A stretch of 64,000 bases of DNA, from the NCBI GenBank assembly GCA_902557155.1, contig CACDYR010000002.1, positions 71,025-135,024 of the forward strand. The letters run 5' to 3'. Origin of the DNA: an uncultured Pelagibacteraceae bacterium (GTDB lineage: Bacteria; Pseudomonadota; Alphaproteobacteria; Pelagibacterales; Pelagibacteraceae). The notes beneath the pieces are model-generated. The model did no database searches, was not told the origin of the DNA, and worked only from the letters and a program-made list of their open reading frames with translations. The translations under genes and the position numbers were made by a program. Of this stretch, positions 56,316 to 64,000 are shown one piece after another. Within the stretch, counting starts at the first letter, position 1. Every line of letters starts with the position of its first letter.

Positions 56316-57307
56316 TTGATAAAAACCACCCACAAATAAAACATGGTAAGACAGGTGTGCTCATAATCAATCTTGGTACACCCGATTCTACTAATTGGTT
56401 TGACATAAGAAAATATTTAAAAGAGTTTCTTTCTGATAGAAGAGTTATCGAGGTAAATCCTTTAGTTTGGCAGATTATTTTAAATTTGTTTATTTTAAAT
56501 TTTAGACCCTCTAAAACTGCAAAAGCCTACAAAGAAATCTGGATGAAAGATGAAAATATTTCTCCACTTCTTTATTATACAAAAAAGCAAAGTGAGAAAA
56601 TTTCAAATTTAATATCAAAAGAAAATATCGTTGTGGATTTTGCTATGAGATATGGAAATCCAAGTATTAAGAGCAAGATTCATAAACTGCATAAAATGGG
56701 CTGTGAAAATTTAGTGATACTTCCTCTGTATCCTCAATATGCAGCAGCCACAACGGCGACTGTTTGTGATGAAGTATACAGAACTTTGATGAAAATGAGA
56801 TGGCAACCTTCTTTAAAAATAATTCCTCATTACGAATCCAATCCGCTTTATATTGATGCCCTCGTTAATTCAATTGATAAGAAAGTAAAAGAAATTAATT
56901 GGAAACCAGACTTAATTGTGGCCTCTTATCACGGGATACCAAAGAAATATTTTGATAAGGGTGACCCTTACCATTGTTATTGTCATAAAACGACAAGACT
57001 TATTTCAGAAAAATTTACTTCAATTGAGATTAAAACTACATTTCAGTCAAGATTTGGTCCACAAGAATGGCTACAACCATATACTGACAAGACTTTAGAA
57101 AATTTACCCAAAGAGGGTGTTAAAAAAGTTCTCACAATCTGCCCAGGATTTGCATCAGATTGTGTAGAGACTTTAGAAGAAATACAAATTCAAGCCAAAG
57201 AAAGCTTTTTAAATTCAGGTGGGGAAAATTTTGATATGATCCCCTGCTTAAATGATAATAATGATCACATAGTTTTACTCAAGTCCTTAATTGAAAGAAA
57301 TATCTGA
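56312..57307 (+). CDS. hemH: Ferrochelatase
   Basis: NLGTP, AMRYGNP, LYPQY, SYHG.P, QSRFG, DCVETLEE. Confidence 0.97.
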   Translation: MIDKNHPQIKHGKTGVLIINLGTPDSTNWFDIRKYLKEFLSDRRVIEVNPLVWQIILNLFILNFRPSKTAKAYKEIWMKDENISPLLYYTKKQSEKISNLISKENIVVDFAMRYGNPSIKSKIHKLHKMGCENLVILPLYPQYAAATTATVCDEVYRTLMKMRWQPSLKIIPHYESNPLYIDALVNSIDKKVKEINWKPDLIVASYHGIPKKYFDKGDPYHCYCHKTTRLISEKFTSIEIKTTFQSRFGPQEWLQPYTDKTLENLPKEGVKKVLTICPGFASDCVETLEEIQIQAKESFLNSGGENFDMIPCLNDNNDHIVLLKSLIERNI

Positions 57308-57310
57308 TAT

Positions 57311-57745
57311 ATGAATTCGTATTTATTATTTAAATCTTTGCATTTAGTTGCGGTTGTTTCTTGGATGGCTGGTCTTTTATATCTTCCTAGAATTTTTGTT
57401 TATCATGTCGAAAATAAAGAAAAAAAAGAAGCAGTTGATATTTTTGAGGTGATGGAAAAAAGATTATTTTTTTACATTATGCGACCTGCAATGATTTTTA
57501 CTTGGGTTTTTGGGTTAGTATTAATTTATCTCAATGGTATAGACATTTTCTCTCAATTATGGTTTCAAATAAAGATTGTCTTGGTGATATTGTTATCAGC
57601 ATACAATGATTATTTAGGAAAATGTCTTGTTGCTCTAAAAAATTCTACAAACACAAGATCCTCAAAATTCTTTAGAATTATTAACGAAATACCTACTGTA
57701 ATCTTGATTATTGTTGTATTTTTAACTATTTTTAAGCCAATCTAG
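57311..57745 (+). CDS. hemJ: Protoporphyrinogen IX oxidase HemJ
   Basis: KSLH...VSWMAGLLYLPRIFVYH, R..NEIP, KP. Confidence 0.95.
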   Translation: MNSYLLFKSLHLVAVVSWMAGLLYLPRIFVYHVENKEKKEAVDIFEVMEKRLFFYIMRPAMIFTWVFGLVLIYLNGIDIFSQLWFQIKIVLVILLSAYNDYLGKCLVALKNSTNTRSSKFFRIINEIPTVILIIVVFLTIFKPI

Positions 57746-57811
57746 GGTTGAAATAACGACAGCAGTATATATATTATAGGTAACTGATAAGTCCTTATCA
57801 AAAAATTAATC

Positions 57812-59080
57812 ATGAATATTCAAGAACTAAAATTAAAATCATCTGAACAGCTTATTACGCAAGCAGAAGAGCTTGGAATAGAAAATGCCAGCACTTTAAG
57901 AAAACAAGAAATACTTTTCGCAATCCTTAAAAAGGTTGCTGAAAAAGAGGAAATTACTGGCGTTGGAGTTCTGCAGTTATTACAAGACGGCTTTGGGTTC
58001 TTAAGAGCAATGGAATCAAATTATCTTCCAGGACCTGATGATATATATGTGAGTCCAAGTCAAATAAGAAAATTTGGATTGAGAACTGGAGATACTGTCG
58101 AAGGTCCAGTGAGAGCACCTAAAGAAGGAGAAAGATATTTTGCGTTATTACAAGTTAGCAAGATAAATTTTGAAGAACCAGAAAAAGCAAGACATAAAAT
58201 TGCATTTGATAACTTAACTCCTTTATATCCAGACAAACAGCTGGTGATGGAAGTTGAAACTACAAAAGTTGAAAAAAAACAAGATTTAACCCCAAGACTT
58301 ATTGATCTGGTTAGTCCAATTGGAAAGGGACAGAGATCTATAATTATATCTCCACCCAAAGCTGGAAAAACAATGATTTTGCAAAGTATTGCAAACTCAA
58401 TAGCTAAAAATTATCCAGAATGTTATCTTATGGTATTGCTTATTGATGAGCGTCCAGAAGAAGTAACTGATATGCAAAGAACAGTTAAGGGCGAAGTAAT
58501 TAGCTCTACTTTTGATGAACCGGCTCAAAGGCATGTAGCAGTAGCTGAAATGGTTATTGAAAAAGCTAAAAGACTAACTGAGCATAAAAAAGATGTTATT
58601 ATTTTGTTAGATTCTATAACACGATTAGGAAGAGCTTATAACGCAGTAATACCAAGTTCTGGTAAAGTTTTAACAGGGGGTGTTGACGCAAATGCACTAC
58701 AAAGACCTAAAAGATTTTTCGGTGCAGCAAGAAACATTGAGGAAGGTGGTTCATTAACAATTATCTCTACAGCTTTAATTGATACAGGAAGCAGAATGGA
58801 TGAAGTTATTTTTGAAGAATTTAAAGGAACAGGTAATAGTGAAACAATATTAGATAGAAAAATTGCAGACAAAAGGATATATCCAGCTATTGATATAACA
58901 AAATCAGGCACAAGAAGAGAAGAATTATTATTTGACAAAAATGATTTACAAAAAATGAACGTGCTTAGAAGAATAATTGCTCCAATGGGAACCATGGATG
59001 CCATAGAGTTTATTAACTCAAAATTAAAAGACACAAAAAATAATGCTGAGTTTTTTAATTCAATGAATAAACCAGCTTAA
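57812..59080 (+). CDS. rho: Transcription termination factor Rho
   Basis: [30 protein letters not shown]. Confidence 0.99.
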   Translation: MNIQELKLKSSEQLITQAEELGIENASTLRKQEILFAILKKVAEKEEITGVGVLQLLQDGFGFLRAMESNYLPGPDDIYVSPSQIRKFGLRTGDTVEGPVRAPKEGERYFALLQVSKINFEEPEKARHKIAFDNLTPLYPDKQLVMEVETTKVEKKQDLTPRLIDLVSPIGKGQRSIIISPPKAGKTMILQSIANSIAKNYPECYLMVLLIDERPEEVTDMQRTVKGEVISSTFDEPAQRHVAVAEMVIEKAKRLTEHKKDVIILLDSITRLGRAYNAVIPSSGKVLTGGVDANALQRPKRFFGAARNIEEGGSLTIISTALIDTGSRMDEVIFEEFKGTGNSETILDRKIADKRIYPAIDITKSGTRREELLFDKNDLQKMNVLRRIIAPMGTMDAIEFINSKLKDTKNNAEFFNSMNKPA

Positions 59081-59106
59081 AAGAATTTTTCATTACAATT
59101 TTAAGT

Positions 59107-59136
59107 TTTACAGAGGCATAAATTTGAAGATATAAT
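59107..59136 (+). promoter_or_regulatory. Candidate sigma70 promoter giving a leaderless mnmE mRNA
   Basis: TTTACA-N18-TATAAT ending 6 nt before the ATG at 59143. Confidence 0.5.
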
Positions 59137-59142
59137 CTTTAA

Positions 59143-60474
59143 ATGACAATTTATGCTTTATCGAGTGGTCCTGGCATATCAGGTGTGGCTGTTATAAGAC
59201 TTTCAGGACAAGATACCTCAAAAGTAATTAAGCTTTTAACTAGCAAGGGGCCACCAAAACCGAGAGTAGCAACATTAAGAAAAATCAATAAAATCAACAC
59301 TTCTGAGCTGATTGATGAGGGACTAATCCTTTGGTTTCCTGGGCCTGAGAGCTACACAGGTGAAGATATGGCTGAAATTCAAGTTCATGGCAGTAAAGCT
59401 GTTGTGGATGCCCTACACTCTTCTCTTTCAGATATAGAAAATTGTAGATTAGCTGAGCCAGGTGAATTTACAAAACTTGCATTTCAAAATGGAAAAATAA
59501 ATTTACTTAAAGCAGAAAGCATTGCTGATTTGATTTCTTCAGAAACAGAAATTCAAAGACAACAAGCAATTAAAATCATGAATGGAAAATCAGCAGAGCA
59601 ATTTAATTTTTTAAGAGAAAAACTTTTAAAAATTTTATCTCATGTTGAGGCAAAAATTGATTTTCCAGAAGAAGATCTACCTAATAATATTTTAGATGAA
59701 ATTAAAAACAGTTCAGATGAAGTAATAAATAAACTTAAAAAAATATTAAACGATCAAAAAGTTGGAGAAAGAATTAGAGAAGGTTTTAAAATTGCCATAC
59801 TGGGACCAACTAATGCTGGCAAATCTAGCTTGATGAATCTCTTATCTAATCGTGATGTTGCAATCGTCTCTGAAATTGCAGGTACGACTAGAGACGTGAT
59901 TGAAACCCATTTAAATATAGACGGTTATCCTGTTATAATTTCTGATACAGCCGGAATAAGAGATTCTAAAGATGAGATAGAAAAAAAAGGAATTAAATTA
60001 TCTCTAAATAGAGCTGAAGAAGCAGATTTAAAGCTTGTTGTGATTGATGCAAAAAGCCCTGATTTTACTGATATTTTGAAGGATTTGTTACATAAAAATG
60101 CAATTTTAGTTGTAAATAAGTCTGATCTTTTAGAAAAAGATATTGATCCTGAAATTAAAAAAACAAATCATGTTTTAATTTCTATTAAAGAAAATAAAAA
60201 CATTGAAGAATTAATATTAAAAATAAAAAATAATTTAAAAAATAAATTTCTTACAAGTGATGATATTTTAATTACGAGAGAGAGACACAGGCAACATCTG
60301 CATCAGTGTTTGGATCATCTAAATAATTTTAATCAAAAAAAAGAAATCGAAGATTTTGATAAAGCTGCAGAGGATTTAAGATTAGCTACTAGACATTTAG
60401 GTATGATAGTTGGAAAAGTTGATGTAGAGGAGATATTAGGTAGTATTTTCAACGATTTTTGTATCGGCAAGTAA
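59143..60474 (+). CDS. mnmE: tRNA modification GTPase MnmE
   Basis: TIYALSS, SYTGED, GPTNAGKSS, GTTRD, DTAG, FCIGK. Confidence 0.98.
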   Translation: MTIYALSSGPGISGVAVIRLSGQDTSKVIKLLTSKGPPKPRVATLRKINKINTSELIDEGLILWFPGPESYTGEDMAEIQVHGSKAVVDALHSSLSDIENCRLAEPGEFTKLAFQNGKINLLKAESIADLISSETEIQRQQAIKIMNGKSAEQFNFLREKLLKILSHVEAKIDFPEEDLPNNILDEIKNSSDEVINKLKKILNDQKVGERIREGFKIAILGPTNAGKSSLMNLLSNRDVAIVSEIAGTTRDVIETHLNIDGYPVIISDTAGIRDSKDEIEKKGIKLSLNRAEEADLKLVVIDAKSPDFTDILKDLLHKNAILVVNKSDLLEKDIDPEIKKTNHVLISIKENKNIEELILKIKNNLKNKFLTSDDILITRERHRQHLHQCLDHLNNFNQKKEIEDFDKAAEDLRLATRHLGMIVGKVDVEEILGSIFNDFCIGK

Positions 60475-60591
60475 TACACTATTTTGCTGGTTTTTTGCAC
60501 TCTTTTTATCAAAAAACGTTGATAAATAAGGCTTATTTACAAAAAATTAAGCCTATCTTGTAAATTATTTAATCACATATAGATTTGAATT

Positions 60592-62463
60592 ATGAAAAAT
60601 GATTTGTCATTTGATGTTGTTGTAATTGGAGGTGGTCATGCTGGATGTGAAGCTGCAGCAGCATCTGCTCGTCTTGGAGTGAACACTGCACTATTTACTC
60701 ATAAAATAGAAACTATCGGTGAGATGTCTTGTAACCCGGCAATAGGAGGCTTGGGTAAAGGTCATTTGGTTAGAGAAATAGATGCCCTTGATGGTGTTAT
60801 GGGGTATGTAGCAGACAAATCAGGTATACAATTTAGATTGTTAAATAGAAGTAGAGGGCCAGCAGTCAGAGGACCACGAACTCAATCAGATAGATCACTT
60901 TATCGTAAATATATGCAAGAAATATTGCTAAACTATTGTAATTTAAGCGTTTTTTCTGATCCTGTAGTAAAGTTTAATTTTGATAAAAATTCAATAAGTG
61001 GATTTGAAACTAAAGAAGGTAAGAAAGTTCTATCTAACAAGATAATACTCACAACAGGAACTTTTTTGAATGGTTTGATACATATAGGTGATGAAAGAAC
61101 TCCTGCTGGAAGATACGATGAAAAACCTTCTACAGGTTTGAGTGAACAATTAGCAAAATATAATTTTAAAATTGGAAGATTAAAAACCGGAACACCACCA
61201 AGGTTAGATTCAAGGACAATTAATTTTGGAAACTTAGAAGAACAATTTGCAGACGACGATCCTTATTTTTTTTCATTCTTAACAAAAAAAAATTTGAACA
61301 AACAAGTGTCCTGCCGGATGACATATACAAATGAGAAGGTTCATAAAATTATAGAAAAGAATTTATCTAAGAGTGCTATGTACTCAGGTAGTATAAAAGG
61401 AGTAGGCCCAAGATATTGTCCTTCTATAGAAGATAAGATAGTAAAATTCGCAGATAAAGTTCGTCATCAGATATTTTTAGAACCAGAAGGTCTAAATGAT
61501 CACACAATTTACCCAAATGGTATCTCTACATCACTTCCTGCTGAGGTACAACAAGAAATATGTAATAATATCAATGGCTTAGAAAATGTTACTATATTAA
61601 GACCAGGATATGCAATAGAATATGATTATATAGATCCGCGTGAACTATTCCTAACTCTTGAAACTAAGAAGATAAGCAATCTTTATCTTGCAGGTCAAAT
61701 TAACGGGACAACAGGATATGAGGAAGCTGCTGCACAAGGTCTTATAGCGGGAGTAAATGCTGCCTTGTCTGTTAAAAAATCAGAACCATTCATACTTGAT
61801 AGATCTGACGCTTACATTGGTGTAATGATTGATGACTTGGTGACTAAAGGAGTAGCTGAGCCATATCGAATGTTTACATCAAGAGCAGAATATCGATTAA
61901 GTTTGAGATCTGATAATGCTGACCAAAGATTAACTGCAAAGGGTATTGATATTGGTTTAGTAGGTGATGAAAGAAAAGCTTTATATTTAAGTAAATTTGA
62001 GCAAATCAAACAAATAAGTCTTAAGATGAGTCAATTCAAGATTTCACCATCTAAAGCTGAAAAATTTGGAATAAAAATAGCAAAAGACGGAATATTAAGA
62101 TCATCTAGCGAGGTTTTAACTCAAAAAGGTGTTAATATGAGTAAAATCAGAGAAATATGGTCCGATATACCCTTTTTTAGCAAAGAAATTGATGAGCAAG
62201 TGGAAATTAACGCTCATTACAGAGGATATTTAAAGAAGCAAAAAGCTGATATTTTAGCATTTAAGAGGGACGAAAACCTGATTATTCCCGATAAAATTAA
62301 TTATGATGGGCTATCAGGTTTATCTAATGAGGTAAAAGCAAAATTTAAAGAAATAAAGCCCAAAACAATGGGTCAAGCTCTAAGAATTGACGGAATAACT
62401 CCTGCCGCTGTATATATTTTGTTGTCACATGTCAAAAGAAAGTCTATTAAGCATATAGCTTAA
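60592..62463 (+). CDS. mnmG: tRNA modification enzyme MnmG (GidA)
   Basis: [46 protein letters not shown]. Confidence 0.99.
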   Translation: MKNDLSFDVVVIGGGHAGCEAAAASARLGVNTALFTHKIETIGEMSCNPAIGGLGKGHLVREIDALDGVMGYVADKSGIQFRLLNRSRGPAVRGPRTQSDRSLYRKYMQEILLNYCNLSVFSDPVVKFNFDKNSISGFETKEGKKVLSNKIILTTGTFLNGLIHIGDERTPAGRYDEKPSTGLSEQLAKYNFKIGRLKTGTPPRLDSRTINFGNLEEQFADDDPYFFSFLTKKNLNKQVSCRMTYTNEKVHKIIEKNLSKSAMYSGSIKGVGPRYCPSIEDKIVKFADKVRHQIFLEPEGLNDHTIYPNGISTSLPAEVQQEICNNINGLENVTILRPGYAIEYDYIDPRELFLTLETKKISNLYLAGQINGTTGYEEAAAQGLIAGVNAALSVKKSEPFILDRSDAYIGVMIDDLVTKGVAEPYRMFTSRAEYRLSLRSDNADQRLTAKGIDIGLVGDERKALYLSKFEQIKQISLKMSQFKISPSKAEKFGIKIAKDGILRSSSEVLTQKGVNMSKIREIWSDIPFFSKEIDEQVEINAHYRGYLKKQKADILAFKRDENLIIPDKINYDGLSGLSNEVKAKFKEIKPKTMGQALRIDGITPAAVYILLSHVKRKSIKHIA

Positions 62464-63125
62464 TGGATCAGGAAATTTTTAATTCTTATTCTAGAATCAA
62501 TCACTTAAATGTTTCACGTGAAACATTTTTGGACTTTGAAAACTATATTTCTATGATTCTTGAAAAAAATACAAAAATAAACATAATTAGCCAAAATACA
62601 GCATCAAAAAAGGCTATAATTGACCGTCATATTATAGATTCAGCGCAAATTATTGATTTTGTTGATTTAAATAGTAATACAACCACTGATATAGGTTCAG
62701 GAGGGGGTATGCCAGGTATAATCGTGGCAATTATACTAAAAAATATGAAAAATAATATGAATGTACACCTTTATGAAAAAAGTTATCATAAAAGCCATTT
62801 TTTAAAGGAAGTTTCAAAAAAATTAAATTTAAACACAAAGGTTTTTCAAAAAAATATTTTTGAAATAAAAAATTTAGAAACAGGAACCATAATGTCTAGA
62901 GCATTTAAACCAATGCCAGTAGTTTTAGAATTAGTATATGAAAATTTTTCAAAATATAAAAATATAATTTTTTTTATGGGGAAGAGTGGAAAAAAAATTT
63001 TTGAAAATTCCAAAAAAAATTGGGAGCTGGAGTATATAGAAAAGAAAAGTTTAACAAGTGAAGACTCATTTTTAATAAATATTAAAAAAATTAAAAAAAA
63101 AATTAAATGCAAATTATTTCAGTAA
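62463..63125 (+). CDS. rsmG: 16S rRNA m7G527 methyltransferase RsmG (GidB)
   Basis: RHIIDS, DIGSGGGMPG, SRA; between mnmG and parA. Confidence 0.92.
   Translation: MDQEIFNSYSRINHLNVSRETFLDFENYISMILEKNTKINIISQNTASKKAIIDRHIIDSAQIIDFVDLNSNTTTDIGSGGGMPGIIVAIILKNMKNNMNVHLYEKSYHKSHFLKEVSKKLNLNTKVFQKNIFEIKNLETGTIMSRAFKPMPVVLELVYENFSKYKNIIFFMGKSGKKIFENSKKNWELEYIEKKSLTSEDSFLINIKKIKKKIKCKLFQ
62510..62525. promoter_or_regulatory. parS: parS centromere site
   Basis: Exact TGTTTCACGTGAAACA inside the 22-bp palindrome AAATGTTTCACGTGAAACATTT (62507-62528). Confidence 0.95.
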
Positions 63126-63901
63126 TTAATCAAAAGGGTGGGGTTGGAAAAACTACTACAGTAATAAATCTTGCAGCAGGTTTATCTCAAATAGATAAAA
63201 AAATTTTAGTTATTGACCTAGATCCTCAAGGTAATGCTACCACAGGTCTAGGATTATCTAATATGGATAACTCAAGTGATACAATTTATGGAGTTTTGAA
63301 TGGAACGAGAGAAATTAGTGATGTGATTAAAAAAACACAGTTTGAAAATTTAGATATTATAACATCTAATGTAGATTTATCGGGCTTAGAAGTAGAGACT
63401 GCTGATGACAGCAATAGGGCTTTTATACTAAAGACTAAATTAACCTCATATTTAAACGATTCTAGAAGATTATATGATTATGTCTTGATCGATTGCCCAC
63501 CTTCGCTAAGCTTGTTGACAGTAATGGCACTTGTAAGTTCAAACTCTCTATTGGTACCACTTCAGACTGAATTTTTTGCTTTAGAAGGGTTAACACAGCT
63601 AATGAAAACAATCGAAAGGATAAAAGTAAATTTAAATCCAGATTTGAAAATCAGGGGTATACTTTTAACTATGTACGACAAAAGAAATAAGCTTTCATCA
63701 CAAGTTGAGAAAGAAGCTAGGGATTATTTTAGTGAAAAAGTTTACTCAACTGTCATACCAAGGAATGTCAGACTATCAGAAGCACCCTCCCATGGTATGC
63801 CAGTTTTGATTTATGACAAGACCTGTCCGGGTAGTAAATCATATTTTAGTTTTACCGATGAGTTTATGAGTCAAGAAGCAACAATAGGGAGCGCAGCTTA
63901 A
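63107..63901 (+). CDS. parA: Chromosome partitioning ATPase ParA
   Basis: NQKGGVGKTT, DLDPQGN, DCPP, RNVRLSEAPS. Confidence 0.98.
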   Translation: MQIISVINQKGGVGKTTTVINLAAGLSQIDKKILVIDLDPQGNATTGLGLSNMDNSSDTIYGVLNGTREISDVIKKTQFENLDIITSNVDLSGLEVETADDSNRAFILKTKLTSYLNDSRRLYDYVLIDCPPSLSLLTVMALVSSNSLLVPLQTEFFALEGLTQLMKTIERIKVNLNPDLKIRGILLTMYDKRNKLSSQVEKEARDYFSEKVYSTVIPRNVRLSEAPSHGMPVLIYDKTCPGSKSYFSFTDEFMSQEATIGSAA

Positions 63902-64000
63902 TGGACAAAATTAAAAAAGGTTTGGGTAGGGGATTATCTTCATTGATAGGAGAAACAAAAGTAGAGCCTCAAAAAAATCAAGTATCAATTAGTGATTTAG
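63901..64000 (+). CDS. parB: ParB, 5' end (runs off window)
   Basis: MDKIKKGLGRGLSSLIG ParA-activating peptide; ATG overlaps the parA TAA. Confidence 0.92.
   Translation, partial: MDKIKKGLGRGLSSLIGETKVEPQKNQVSISDL

Noticed and set aside
49977-63112. Shadow ORFs 49977-50336, 50951-51157, 52136-52339, 53883-54233, 54352-54558, 56916-57098, 58060-58359, 58636-59034, 61812-62009, 62846-63112
   Set aside because: They overlap conserved housekeeping genes on the other strand or frame and are expected by-products of codon bias.
1-64000. CRISPR arrays, rRNA genes, IS elements, prophage structural genes
   Set aside because: No regularly spaced repeats, rRNA-like segments, transposase motifs or virion genes seen.

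Overview
Very AT-rich, densely packed alphaproteobacterial chromosome segment. Gene order, near-absent intergenic DNA and protein sequences point to Pelagibacterales (SAR11); this is inference, no database search was run. The window covers the replication-origin region: predicted oriC between the PPDK-regulatory-protein gene and hemE, a perfect parS inside rsmG, and mnmE-mnmG-rsmG-parA-parB. Housekeeping genes include ccmCDEFGH, argG, folD, hemC/D/E/H/J, tsaD, acs-actP, rpe, purH, ftsK, his, hslVU, secB, dnaQ, coaE, aroE and rho. Accessory parts: (1) a light/UV cluster with two atypical photolyases, an unannotated DUF2256 ORF and a possible half-PnuC; (2) a haloacetate dehalogenase-TauD/TfdA dioxygenase-AEC transporter module; (3) three sulfotransferase paralogues; (4) the most notable feature, a 1,831-bp integrase-less mini-island at tRNA-Gly(GCC). 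The island duplicates the 5' half of the tRNA, swaps its promoter, keeps paired arm-type repeats at both ends, and carries an HNH nuclease whose ribosome-binding site can be sequestered by an upstream hairpin.
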